A stretch of 61,691 nt of DNA, the filler included. It is 4 parts of 4 records of this genome, joined end to end, with 100 filler letters (N's around TTAATTAATTAA, not from the genome) between each part and the next. Parts side by side here need not be neighbours in the genome. Positions count along the whole stretch, not along the records: positions 1 to 20,983 come from DRR723986_1447; 3 more parts are not named here. One strand, given 5' to 3'. Made by a program: the position numbers and the translations under genes. The stretch's first letter is position 1; every line of letters begins with the position of its first letter. Of this stretch, positions 10,397-20,595 are shown piece after piece. Under the pieces are notes generated by a model. That model was given only the letters and a program-made list of their open reading frames with translations. It did not search any database and was not told the origin of the DNA.

Positions 10397-10625
10397 CTAG
10401 GCTCAAACTACTGTATGCAGTGTCCTGTAGATTCAGGCTGGACTATGAGTGCAGTCTTTGCAGGAGTGCTTGTTTAATTAGCTTCCTGGCAATTAATGAC
10501 TGTTCAATGCAGAAAACTGAGAACGTTGTGCAATTGACATTTGTTCAATAGTTGCGAAACCAAATTACTTAACAAGTTGATGAGTATAATTGTGTTTAGA
10601 AGAGACTTTAAAAGAAGGAGCAATA

Positions 10626-10985
10626 ATGAAAGCTAAAAAGCTGCTAATCGGCATAGCCGTCGTTTTGTTTGTTGGGGTAAATTATGCACCTGCTGTTACC
10701 ATAACTTGGCACTACAATAACTCAACACAAGGTTCATGGGAGTATCAGCCGGGTTCAAATGAGCATAGTGGATATGATTTTTGGTGCGTTGCCAACGGAA
10801 CTGACTGTGGATTTTGGGACTGGAAGTCCATTTATCTTGGTATCAGCTCGCCATCGGAGCTAGACCCTTCAGTCTATTCCGTTGCATATGGTCATGACAA
10901 TGTATTACAAGCTTCGGCGGTCGACCCTGGGATTGCGGGACCAGGGGAGTTTCAGTACCCAGGTGTTGAGATTAGCTCAGACTAA
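10626..10985 (+). CDS. Small secreted Trp/Cys-containing hypothetical protein, paralogue B
   Basis: RBS AAGGAG and ATG at 10626; signal peptide ending APA; paralogue of 10034-10396. Confidence 0.85.
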   Translation: MKAKKLLIGIAVVLFVGVNYAPAVTITWHYNNSTQGSWEYQPGSNEHSGYDFWCVANGTDCGFWDWKSIYLGISSPSELDPSVYSVAYGHDNVLQASAVDPGIAGPGEFQYPGVEISSD

Positions 10986-11009
10986 TTGAATATACTCGGT
11001 AGCCAAAAT

Positions 11010-11046
11010 ACATGAGCCACTCACCATAAATGTGAGTGGCTCATGT
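11010..11046 (+). terminator. Perfect 15-bp stem-loop after paralogue B
   Basis: ACATGAGCCACTCAC-cataaat-GTGAGTGGCTCATGT; the following U-tract is weak. Confidence 0.65.
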
Positions 11047-11137
11047 GGTTCTATTTCTTAATTAGTAGCCTCCAAGATTTGAGTATTGGGAAATGACATC
11101 CACCGTATTGTTCGCAAGTAAGCTCAGTAGATAAAAA

Positions 11138-13099
11138 ATGATGATCAATAAATTCAAAACCAGAGTCCTGGAATTTTTGCTTGTGTTGTCTGCAGTGTTA
11201 GCCAGCTGTGATACAAGTGAAAGTGATGCAGAAATTCTAACAAACCAGCAGTTCCCAATAACTGTTGAACCGGAAATGATTGGGCCCGGCGCTCTAATGG
11301 AAATACGTTACAACCCGCAAGCCCCAGCCGCAACTCTAGATAAATCAGGGCTGTATGAAGTTTCCGTAAACTGTCTAACTGAATGTGGTCCCCGTGCATT
11401 CAAGGAAATTATGTTGCAGGATTCTGTTACTCAGACGTTTCATAGTTCCGTTCGGCTGCCTGTAGATGCATTTTTTGTCAATGGGGCAATAAATGTTGTT
11501 GGGCAACCCATGAAAGCAGAGAGTTTTCAGAACGTGATTAGCCAAGCAGGGCTGCCTCTAAAGCACTCCTTACCAGTGTTGATGTTACGCGGCAGTAAAT
11601 ACGATTCAGCACTTGAGATTTTTGCTGAAGATGCCAAACTCTATCCGCAAGAGTTCGAACGGTGGTCGGCCTTAATCATGATGACGTTAAAATCCGGTAA
11701 CAACCGGAACTACATGCCTCAATTGTTGCAGGAGTTGGAAGCCGACTACATTGCTCATGAAAATTCTTTGCAAGTCCCTCAAAGATTTGATGCTTTGAGC
11801 AGCCTGGCTGCTGCCCGAGCATTCAACAAAGACTGGGAGATTTGTTTAAGTATATTACAAGAACTACGGGCACTTTTGAAGCAGGTTTCACCGAGTTATA
11901 TCCATGGTCGTGCACAAACGAGTGTCGCCGTATTGTTTAAGGTATTTGCATTTTCGAGGTATGCGGCGGAGCAAGAGTCGGGAAAAAGCTTAGAAAACCG
12001 TAAAAACATTGAGTCTGTACTACACATTTTGTACGAACTGGGGGGGATAATGCCTGGAGCGCACTTGGGCCGCGACATATGTTATGACCTGATGATGAGG
12101 CCGGACACAAGCTCAACTGCTGATACTGACAGCTATTGGAAAGCGATGACAGGAGATATGTCGGTTGCATTGGCAACATTGGCGGATTGTGATATCCGTG
12201 TGGATTCCAGGGCGTTCATTATTTATATCAAGAAGAGTAATGATTTTGAGTTAGCCGTTGATACCACAATAGTATCCGCTGGAATTGCTGCACTGGATAA
12301 ACAGCCTGACGGAAAACCCAACTTAACGTGGTGCGCTCCATCGTTTTCCAATGATTTTAACGTACGTACAGCGAATAAGCTGTTGGCAATAAACCTGGCG
12401 CAGCAAAATTTTCATAAGCGTGCCATTGACTACGGGCTTAAGGCGCTACGCCTCCCACTGCCATCTCGCTCACGCGATTTGGCGGCTTCTGTCGCATTTG
12501 CAGTCAGCGAAAACTTCATGAATATTGGGCAGGGGGACAGTGCTGTCAAATATTGTGGGATTGCCGCCGAGCTAGAGCATCGCGATGCAGACAGGTTGTT
12601 CACGCAAATCCGCTCAAAAGCCCCTCAATCAGTAAAAAACTTCGGCACCATCATTGACGTCCGAAGGCACTATGCGCAAGACTTTGCCTCAGGTAGTGAA
12701 GTCCTTGACATTACTCTACAAACTGCTGATGACCACTTGATTGATTTGGCGGATACCAAAGGTAAACCGGTTTACTTGCTTTTTACATCCGAAGCATGTG
12801 GGATCTGCGAAGACAAATTTCCGGGTGTGGCTGCGGCAATTCATTCGATTGATGAATCCAGCATCATAGTTATGCTGAGTTATGAAGAAAGTGCGGCCAT
12901 TCTGTCAAAATACGGTGCCTTCGTTCAGCACGTGCCCTTAAATCCGATTCTAGAGAGTCAAACGGCAGTCACAGCGACACCCCATATTAAAATAGTCGTT
13001 AATGGAGTTGTGAAACATTCAATTGATGGCCTGGGCCAACAGTCGGCTGCGAATTTAGAGCAAATTGCTAAGACGTATTCACGTGAAACCGATCGCTAG
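11138..13099 (+). CDS. Large lipoprotein with helical (TPR-like) middle and C-terminal thioredoxin-like domain
   Basis: Lipobox LAS-C; GKPVYLLFTSEACGIC (CxxC at 12797-12808) and a downstream TATP cis-Pro loop. Confidence 0.75.
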   Translation: MMINKFKTRVLEFLLVLSAVLASCDTSESDAEILTNQQFPITVEPEMIGPGALMEIRYNPQAPAATLDKSGLYEVSVNCLTECGPRAFKEIMLQDSVTQTFHSSVRLPVDAFFVNGAINVVGQPMKAESFQNVISQAGLPLKHSLPVLMLRGSKYDSALEIFAEDAKLYPQEFERWSALIMMTLKSGNNRNYMPQLLQELEADYIAHENSLQVPQRFDALSSLAAARAFNKDWEICLSILQELRALLKQVSPSYIHGRAQTSVAVLFKVFAFSRYAAEQESGKSLENRKNIESVLHILYELGGIMPGAHLGRDICYDLMMRPDTSSTADTDSYWKAMTGDMSVALATLADCDIRVDSRAFIIYIKKSNDFELAVDTTIVSAGIAALDKQPDGKPNLTWCAPSFSNDFNVRTANKLLAINLAQQNFHKRAIDYGLKALRLPLPSRSRDLAASVAFAVSENFMNIGQGDSAVKYCGIAAELEHRDADRLFTQIRSKAPQSVKNFGTIIDVRRHYAQDFASGSEVLDITLQTADDHLIDLADTKGKPVYLLFTSEACGICEDKFPGVAAAIHSIDESSIIVMLSYEESAAILSKYGAFVQHVPLNPILESQTAVTATPHIKIVVNGVVKHSIDGLGQQSAANLEQIAKTYSRETDR

Positions 13100-13365
13100 T
13101 GGAATGTATTTCTCGATTTTGGCTCCAGAGTCGTATTGTTGTCTTGTACCTAACTCTAAAGTTTGAAACTTCCATCCCAACAACTAACAAGAAGAAAAAG
13201 CCAGCCACAAGAGCAGAGCGAAAGGGGCGCAGTGCTCATACCCTCTGCTGCAAGAAATTGTGGCATGTGACTTAAACTAAAAATACGCCCACAAAAAGAC
13301 ATTCCGCGCCAAACCAAATTGTTCAACGCGGAATGTTGTACTTTCTGATAAGCCGAGAGTTTAAC

Positions 13366-14805
13366 TTACTCCTCTGCAATTTTGATGAACATGTTAAGCA
13401 CGTTTCTGCCAACTTCGCGCCCCTGCGTAACACCCAGGTCAATCGCCGAACGGTAGTGAATGCCACCGTATAAACGCGAAATTGCAGCCTCCTGTGCGGC
13501 TTCATCAAAAGAGCTAAAGCTGCGCGGCGAGCCGTCAATGTCCACACGAGAAGCATGTGTGTTATCAGTAAATGCGTAATTGCTGCCGTACAAATCTGTT
13601 AACACCTCCGTCATTGCGCCGGACTGCACTGAGTGACCGGATGTATACTCCGGAAAGGGCGGCGTGCCGACGACCGAAGTCCAATCGTCAAAGCCCAAAT
13701 CGCGCTGGATTACGGTAATTGGACGGACGTAACTGTACTGATACTTGGATTTCCAGCAGGAAACAAAGGCATCGTGCAGCGCCAGTCCAAGTTTGGCAAA
13801 AGAGTTAACCGTTCCCTGCAAATTACCATTGCCGGCGTTTGACAGCTGCAATAAAATCGAGATTGAATGTCCCGGGGGAGTAGCGGAGAGGCCGGGATCA
13901 TCGCTCCAGTATTCGGCAATGATGATCTGCTCATCTGTTAAGTTTTGTGAGACGTCGTAGACTTCCTGTAGCTCGGTGTAGAACTGCGATTCCGGGTTAA
14001 GTGAAAATGGCGGCGGCGCGCCGGGATCCGTATCCGTAACGCTAGTTTGATCAGTTGCAAATGCTCGAACTTCGCCCCAATAGGGCTGCAGTGCCGGGCT
14101 GAAAGCGGGTGGCGTCGGAACCCAAAGTCCCGGCTCACCAGCGGGCGGCGTGTAATCAGAAGGGAAGTTGTTAAGATAAGCCTCGTGGCCCCCGTCTGAA
14201 GTTGACCAGTCGTAAATGTGTTCTGCGACCAGGTTACCATATTCCTGTGAACGCAGGCGTACGTCGGCATCAATGTCGGCGTTAAACTGTTCGTCAAAGC
14301 TGGACCGGAGTGCGTCAATTTGCACCATGTTGTTCGCCGGTGCACCATTAAACACGAACATTTTTGTCATCATCGTCGCAAGCGCGTGATTGGCCACCGT
14401 TGGCCAGTGATGTTCGAGGCTGTTGTCCAATGTCGGCACCGCAGGCAAAGCCCCGCCCTGTCCACCATTGCCGGCTCTTTCCGAGAAGCTGACACAATAT
14501 GGCATTCCGTATATAACTGATTCGAAACAGGTGAGTCCCATGTATGCAAACGTGCGTGCCGCTACCGGTGGCGTATAACCCGGCGTACTTTGTGTTAAGT
14601 CCAGTGAGAGCGCGAACCAGTCGAGTACGACGGCATCGTCATAACTTGCTGCAGGAAGTGAGATTGGTGCCGTTGGTGTTGGGGTGTCGTCGTCATCGTC
14701 ATCTGAACAGGCGACGGTCAAAAATGGAAGGCATGCCAAACATAGGGCAAAACGCAAATACGCGCGTGTTTTATACCCGGGATTATTGAACAAACAGATT
14801 GTCAT
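13366..14805 (-). CDS. Vanadium-dependent haloperoxidase / PAP2-superfamily lipoprotein
   Basis: KYQYSYVRP (Kx6RP), PPFPEYTSGHS, SRLYGGIHY; lipobox LTVA-C followed by an Asp run. Confidence 0.88.
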   Translation of the reverse strand: MTICLFNNPGYKTRAYLRFALCLACLPFLTVACSDDDDDDTPTPTAPISLPAASYDDAVVLDWFALSLDLTQSTPGYTPPVAARTFAYMGLTCFESVIYGMPYCVSFSERAGNGGQGGALPAVPTLDNSLEHHWPTVANHALATMMTKMFVFNGAPANNMVQIDALRSSFDEQFNADIDADVRLRSQEYGNLVAEHIYDWSTSDGGHEAYLNNFPSDYTPPAGEPGLWVPTPPAFSPALQPYWGEVRAFATDQTSVTDTDPGAPPPFSLNPESQFYTELQEVYDVSQNLTDEQIIIAEYWSDDPGLSATPPGHSISILLQLSNAGNGNLQGTVNSFAKLGLALHDAFVSCWKSKYQYSYVRPITVIQRDLGFDDWTSVVGTPPFPEYTSGHSVQSGAMTEVLTDLYGSNYAFTDNTHASRVDIDGSPRSFSSFDEAAQEAAISRLYGGIHYRSAIDLGVTQGREVGRNVLNMFIKIAEE

Positions 14806-14942
14806 TCTAAACGCTCCAAATTCTAAAGAGAATGTCTAAAACACAGTGCGGACGGAACCCGTTTTTGGCACAAAGGGGGGAGGCACCAACGCATTACCTT
14901 TTGGTTGCACATCAAGCTACAAAAAGGGCGGATGAGTTGCAA

Positions 14943-15500
14943 TTACTTGCGCTGTGCAATCGCCAGGATGGAGTCCTTGTCTTGCATTTCTGTGTACAAC
15001 TCCAGTTTTAGCAAAGTGAAATGCTGCGCCAGCAGAGTTTTAATCTCTTCTTCAGAGTAATACTGGTGCAGAATTCCGCCGTGGTTTTCGTGTCCGCTGC
15101 CAGCCCAGAAGGAGTGGCAAACAATTCCAGACTCGCATAAGCAGTGGCTCTGGTGGCGTAGTGATTCCGCCAGTTCGGCTGCAGTTAGATGCTGTAAAAC
15201 TTTGTTGGAGTAAATTCCGTCGAATTTGCCTGAAGTCTCACAACCTTTAGCGTCAATCAATTCAGTCTTAACATCCGGATATTTAGCCTGGATGTGCGCG
15301 AGGAAATACGGCGAATAGTCCGATGCCGTTAAGTCGTAATGCGGCAGCAGAAAAGGAATGTCATTGCCGGAGCCACTTCCCAGTTCCAGCAGTTTGCCTT
15401 GCGGAAGGAACTTTAACATCGCATCTATCAACTTGCTGCCGTCGTAGCCTTCAGCCATCCTAATGTATTCGTCTACAGTCTCCTGTGTCTGGTAGAACAT
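14943..15500 (-). CDS. Class I SAM-dependent methyltransferase
   Basis: LLELGSGSGND motif I; FDGIYSNKVLQHL; GAGGA RBS before the ATG at 15500. Confidence 0.88.
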   Translation of the reverse strand: MFYQTQETVDEYIRMAEGYDGSKLIDAMLKFLPQGKLLELGSGSGNDIPFLLPHYDLTASDYSPYFLAHIQAKYPDVKTELIDAKGCETSGKFDGIYSNKVLQHLTAAELAESLRHQSHCLCESGIVCHSFWAGSGHENHGGILHQYYSEEEIKTLLAQHFTLLKLELYTEMQDKDSILAIAQRK

Positions 15501-15609
15501 CTTTTGTTCCTCATTGTTGTGGGTTGCCCCGGGTGAAACAAGAATAATTGCCCTGGTTCCGTGCACCTGCACAGCAGCATGCAACGACGCGTGCGACGGG
15601 CATGAAGTT

Positions 15610-15651
15610 AAAAAAAACAGGCCCAAACGCGATGAACGAATTTGGACCTGT
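15610..15651 (-). terminator. Intrinsic terminator of glmS
   Basis: On the minus strand ACAGGTCCAAA...TTTGGGCCTG followed by T8. Confidence 0.75.
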
Positions 15652-15685
15652 GGATCTTATTACGAGTCAAAACCAAAGACAATGA

Positions 15686-17524
15686 TTATTCGACGGTAAC
15701 ACTCTTGGCTAAGTTGCGCGGCATGTCTACATTCGTTTCGCGCTGCACGGCAATGTAATAGGCCAGCAGCTGCAGCGGAACAACCGAAAGAATCGGTGTT
15801 AAGTGCGGCAGCGTTGTCGGAATCGTGATAACGTGGTCGGCCAGCTGGGAAATGCGCTCATCGCCTTCGTTGGCAATTGCAATTACGCGTCCCTGGCGTG
15901 CGCGCACAACTTCGATGTTGGAGAGGACTTTTTCGTAGAGTTCATCACGTGTTGCGATAAACACGACCGGCATGTGCTCATCAATCAGCGCCAGCGGACC
16001 GTGTTTCATCTCGGCAGCGGGATACCCCTCGGCGTGGATATAGGAGATTTCTTTGAGTTTAAGTGCGCCTTCGAGTGCTACGGGATAGTTGTAGCCGCGG
16101 CCCAGATAGATGAAGTTGGGCGAGTCTTTGTAAAGCGCGGCGATTTCGCGAATTGAATCGGCATGTGCCAGAATCGATTCGACTTGCTCCGGAATCTGCT
16201 GAATAGCCTTAACAATTTCAATGCCTTCCTGCTGCGATAGATCGCGCATGCGGCCCATGTACAGCGCCAGCAGCGAGAGCACACAAAGTTGTGAAGTAAA
16301 CGCTTTGGTGGAGGCCACTCCAATTTCGGGCCCGGCATGAATAAACACACCGGCTTCGGTTTCGCGCGCAATGGTAGAGCCCACAACGTTAACAATTCCG
16401 AGCGCCGTAGCACCTTTTAGTTGTGCTTCGCGGATTGCTGCCAGTGTATCTGCTGTCTCTCCACTTTGTGAAATCGCAAAAATCACGTCGTCTTCGCGCA
16501 GCACCGGATTGCGGTAGCGGAATTCAGAGGCATATTCAACTTCTACGGGAATGCGCGCCAGCTGTTCAATCATGTATTCACCTACCAGCGCGGCGTGGAA
16601 GGAGGTGCCACAGGCGGTAAAAATAATGCGCTGCGCATTGCGGATTTTCTCGGCGACTTTTGAGAGCCCACCAAGGCGCACGTTGCCTTCATCGACCAGC
16701 AGCCTGCCACGAAATGCATCGCGGAATGTAGACGGCTGCTCGTAAATCTCTTTTAACATAAAGTGGTCGTAGCCACCTTTTTCAATGCTTTCCAGGTCAA
16801 ATTCAATTTGGTGAATCCGGCTGTTAATCGCGCGATTGTCAATTGTTTTAGTCTGGTAACCCGTGTTCGTTACCACGGCCATTTCGTTGTCATTCAGGTA
16901 AATTACCTGGCGCGTGTGCTGAATCACGGCGGCGGCGTCGGACGCCACAATAAACTCATCATCACCGATACCAACGAGGAGGGGCGAACCACGACGCGCG
17001 GCAATAATTTTATCCGGCTCCAGCGTCGAAATCAGCGCTATGCCAAAGGCCCCGCGCACTTCCGTCAGTGCCAGGCGTGTCGCTTCTACGAGGTCACCAC
17101 CCAGTTTGTCGTAGATTGAGCGAATAAAGACTGTCAGGACTTCCGTATCGGTATCGCTGCGCAGCGTGTACCCTTCCTTAACCAGGCGTTCTTTAATCAC
17201 CTGAAAGTTTTCAATGATGCCGTTGTGGACCAGCGCAATTTCATTGAGGTTATCGGTATGCGGATGTGCGTTGAGGTCGGTGGGGTTACCATGTGTGGCC
17301 CAGCGTGTATGCCCAATTCCCAGGCCGGATTTGAGTGCGGTGGAGCGCAGCAATTCTTCGGTATCACGAACCTTGCCGGCGCGTTTTAGAATGTGCAGGC
17401 CACCATCCTGAATGGCGGCTACACCAGCGGAATCATAGCCGCGATATTCCAGTCGTTTAAGTCCGTTAACAACGATATCAGCAGCGTTATGACGCCGACC
17501 GATATACCCCACGATTCCACACAT
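15686..17524 (-). CDS. glmS: Glutamine--fructose-6-phosphate aminotransferase
   Basis: MCGIVGY, LEYRGYDSAG, GHTRWATHG, C-terminal PRNLAKSVTVE. Confidence 0.98.
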   Translation of the reverse strand: MCGIVGYIGRRHNAADIVVNGLKRLEYRGYDSAGVAAIQDGGLHILKRAGKVRDTEELLRSTALKSGLGIGHTRWATHGNPTDLNAHPHTDNLNEIALVHNGIIENFQVIKERLVKEGYTLRSDTDTEVLTVFIRSIYDKLGGDLVEATRLALTEVRGAFGIALISTLEPDKIIAARRGSPLLVGIGDDEFIVASDAAAVIQHTRQVIYLNDNEMAVVTNTGYQTKTIDNRAINSRIHQIEFDLESIEKGGYDHFMLKEIYEQPSTFRDAFRGRLLVDEGNVRLGGLSKVAEKIRNAQRIIFTACGTSFHAALVGEYMIEQLARIPVEVEYASEFRYRNPVLREDDVIFAISQSGETADTLAAIREAQLKGATALGIVNVVGSTIARETEAGVFIHAGPEIGVASTKAFTSQLCVLSLLALYMGRMRDLSQQEGIEIVKAIQQIPEQVESILAHADSIREIAALYKDSPNFIYLGRGYNYPVALEGALKLKEISYIHAEGYPAAEMKHGPLALIDEHMPVVFIATRDELYEKVLSNIEVVRARQGRVIAIANEGDERISQLADHVITIPTTLPHLTPILSVVPLQLLAYYIAVQRETNVDMPRNLAKSVTVE

Positions 17525-17987
17525 ACAAACTCCTCAAAATGCCGTTTGCCGCCCTACACACTTTAACGCGCGTGCGCAAGCAAGAAGTGTTACAGCTAAT
17601 TTTATTGTGGAACACGCCAGCCAAACTTCGGTTCAGGAAGAGCGGTTGATTTTTGGTCGATAGCGGTATTTTCGGCCTTGGGGGATGGATTATTGCCCTT
17701 TGTTAATGGCTTGTGATTTTGGTGTGGCGTGGCAGTTTTTGGGATTGGAGTTGCGCTTTATGCTCCCTTCATTCTTCGGGGCATAGCTTGTTGGATTTTC
17801 TTGTTAGTTGTTGGGTTGGGGGGCTCGATGCTGGCTGTAAGAGTGTTAGATTGGTGAGCTTGAGTCTTGAGTCTAAAGAGGCTCAGAAAACGACGCTCAC
17901 AGCTAGTGGTCACAATTACTTGCGCCCAAAAATTCACCGCTCAGTCTGCGAGGAGCCACGTTTAGTCATTAAAACGAACCGTTGAGA

Positions 17988-19475
17988 CTACACGCCTTGT
18001 TTCTGTCGCTCTGTGGGGTTTCCACCGGCAGTAAGCCTCACTGTAAAGCAGCTGCCTTCTCCAAGTGTGCTGTTGCACTCGATGCTACCCAAGTAGCCGT
18101 CCACGATCTTTTTGACAATCGAAAGCCCCAGACCACTAGATTTTTCACCGGCGGTCGGTTTGGCTGAAAGTCGCGAAAATCTGGAATAGAGACCCTGCAT
18201 GTCAGCGTCTGAGAGACCTGGTCCCTGATCCTCGACAGCAAACAGAACCGCGTCGCCATCGCGGCGCACGCTGACGCGCACCCGCTTGTCGGAATTGGCG
18301 TCGGTGAATTTGAGAGCATTTGAAATCAAATTTGACAAGACTTGTGTCAGGCGCTGCGGATCACTGTACACCCGTAGCTGTGGGTCAATGGTCTGCAATT
18401 CAAGAGTGATCTGCTTGGCCGCAGCACTCGCCTCAAAGTCTGTCATGACCGTTCGCATAAAGTCATCCAGTTGAATGAATTCCGGCTCAAATGCAAAGCC
18501 GCCGCTTTCAATCGCATTTTCTTCAATAAGGTCGTTTACCAGCGTCAACATGCGCTGCGTGGATTGCTCCAGCTTAGTGAATTGTTCGGAACGTTCGGCA
18601 GGTGACATCCGCTCTGCATAACGCTCCAGGTTGCCAATCGAAAGCCGGAAGGCGCTGAGCGGATTGCGCAGGTCATGCGCCACTATACCCATTAACTCAT
18701 TCTTTTCGCGGTTGAGGCGCTGCAGATTGGCATTGCTACTTTGCAGTTCCTTGTGTGAGCGTTCCAGGCTGGCCTTCTGCTGAGCAATGGTTTTTGACTT
18801 GCCAAAGCTGCGCTTAAAGCCGTTAAAAATCACAAGACTAATAACCCAGGCGATCACCGCCAGCGCCAGCGTATTGGTGATGTGCCCACCTGAGTTGGGC
18901 GACTCTGCAGTCACCATCAACACCGTGATAAACAAACCCTGTCCCAGTGCAACAATCAGAAGCGACGACCGCGGTGGAATGTAGAATGCAGCCACCAGCC
19001 CCAGCAGAGCAATGATGTATTCGGTGATCTGCCCATGAAACTGGTTGGCAATCCCACCGGCCAAAATAATTGCCCAGCACAAAATCACCAGAATGAAAAT
19101 ATATGTCATCGACCGCTTTACAGGGTCGCAGGTGCTTTTTGTACTTCCATCATAGGCCGTGTACGTCGCGATCTTGCGACGATTAATCAACCATGCAGCA
19201 AGCGAGTAAACCGAACAGAAGACTGCCGCTGCCAGGTGCGCGTGAAACAAGTGCTCGTAAGCTACATTTTCCTCAAACAGTCCCGCCGCTTTAGTCACAT
19301 AAATGTCGCGCCACAGCAGCGGCAGGTGAATCACCAGTAACACCAGTGCCAGAATGCGTGAGCGCTCAAAATTGATGCGACTGTACTCTTGCTCGAATTC
19401 GCCGCAGGATTCTGTGGCGCCACCTTCAGATGGTCCGAGCGAAAAAGACTGTTTGAGTGTATGCAGCAGGCTCAT
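17988..19475 (-). CDS. Multi-pass membrane sensor histidine kinase
   Basis: Several N-terminal TM helices; AHDLRNPL H-box, NLISNALKFT N-box, DQGPG, GLGLSI. Confidence 0.92.
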   Translation of the reverse strand: MSLLHTLKQSFSLGPSEGGATESCGEFEQEYSRINFERSRILALVLLVIHLPLLWRDIYVTKAAGLFEENVAYEHLFHAHLAAAVFCSVYSLAAWLINRRKIATYTAYDGSTKSTCDPVKRSMTYIFILVILCWAIILAGGIANQFHGQITEYIIALLGLVAAFYIPPRSSLLIVALGQGLFITVLMVTAESPNSGGHITNTLALAVIAWVISLVIFNGFKRSFGKSKTIAQQKASLERSHKELQSSNANLQRLNREKNELMGIVAHDLRNPLSAFRLSIGNLERYAERMSPAERSEQFTKLEQSTQRMLTLVNDLIEENAIESGGFAFEPEFIQLDDFMRTVMTDFEASAAAKQITLELQTIDPQLRVYSDPQRLTQVLSNLISNALKFTDANSDKRVRVSVRRDGDAVLFAVEDQGPGLSDADMQGLYSRFSRLSAKPTAGEKSSGLGLSIVKKIVDGYLGSIECNSTLGEGSCFTVRLTAGGNPTERQKQGV

Positions 19476-19822
19476 GTACTGTTCCAATGTGCATCTGCAA
19501 GAGCGCACATTGCCAATTGGTCGTTGGCAAGAATGTTCGATGACGTCGGGAAGAACGTTAAGGGCTTGCGGATATTGAAAGTAATGGGTTTTGTGAAGCT
19601 GTCTGCGATAGATCCACAGCCGATTATTTCATGAGTGGTTTTTTGCTGCAGGTCGGTGATTTGTCTTCACTAAAGGTGCATTTTTCGTGCCCAATGAAGA
19701 GTGCGCAACTCCTGAAGTAAAACCGTGCTGATATTATAGGAAATTCAGCTGAAGTCTGTCAGAATGTCATCCAGCGGGCGGTAATGGCTAGCAACCGGCC
19801 AAAATATTCATTAAAAAGTTTT

Positions 19823-19861
19823 CCCCAGCAGCTGTGAGCCCGTGGCTCACAGCTGCTGGGG
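19823..19861. terminator. Perfect 18-bp inverted repeat, likely terminator of the ORF at 19870-20595
   Basis: CCCCAGCAGCTGTGAGCC-cgt-GGCTCACAGCTGCTGGGG. Confidence 0.7.
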
Positions 19862-19869
19862 TTAAGGAC

Positions 19870-20595
19870 TCAGCGTCTACTCCAAACCTCACGAATTCGC
19901 TCCAAATGACCAGCCTGCTGCTGCTCAATCTCCTCAGGCAATAAGCCAATCAGAAACTCAATAAGTGCTGGACTGCAATCAAAGAAATAGTCCTCATACT
20001 TGCAGCTGCACATACTGCCATAGGCAAACGTCCGCAAGCTGCCATCTCTGTACAGAATTTTCGCCACCAGGCGCGTGTCCAAAAAGTCACGGAATACCGG
20101 TTCGCCAATCGAATCCAGATGCGTGCGGAATTTCTGTAGCAGAGCAGGCTCTACTATTTCCGTCTCTGTCTCCGGATATGCATTCCATACATATTCAATC
20201 GGCAATGCCGAACGATGCAGTCCATTCCAACTTTCGGGATAAGCTCTGATAAAAACCTGCTGAATTTTGCTGGTCTGCGGCTTCCGATTCTCGTGATATC
20301 TGCGCAGCTTCTCCTGCCAGGCGCGCAATTTTTCCTGCCTGCGCAGCCGCTGCCTGGCGCGTTGCTGGCCTGTTTGACGTGTGCCTTGCAGAATGTTCTG
20401 CGGCGCTTGCTTCAGCTTTGTGCCGCTCCTGAGCTCTTCGGCACCGGCTGTGATGCGAGTTGGCGCGCCTGCGAAAAACAAGACCACAAGACACAAGAGC
20501 ACAAGCAGGGCAGGGCCAGGCCGCCGCGTCGGCCTAAAGCCGTTGATCCAAAAACTTCCTGACCAGGTTGTTTTGCGCTGCGAATTTGGTGACAT
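19870..20595 (-). CDS. Hypothetical membrane-anchored or exported protein
   Basis: GGAGA RBS; hydrophobic segment ALLVLLCLVVLFF; basic Gln-rich stretch; followed by a strong hairpin. Confidence 0.6.
   Translation of the reverse strand: MSPNSQRKTTWSGSFWINGFRPTRRPGPALLVLLCLVVLFFAGAPTRITAGAEELRSGTKLKQAPQNILQGTRQTGQQRARQRLRRQEKLRAWQEKLRRYHENRKPQTSKIQQVFIRAYPESWNGLHRSALPIEYVWNAYPETETEIVEPALLQKFRTHLDSIGEPVFRDFLDTRLVAKILYRDGSLRTFAYGSMCSCKYEDYFFDCSPALIEFLIGLLPEEIEQQQAGHLERIREVWSRR

Noticed and set aside
17525-17987. glmS ribozyme upstream of glmS
   Set aside because: I could not recognise the conserved core; an Rfam scan would be needed to exclude it fully
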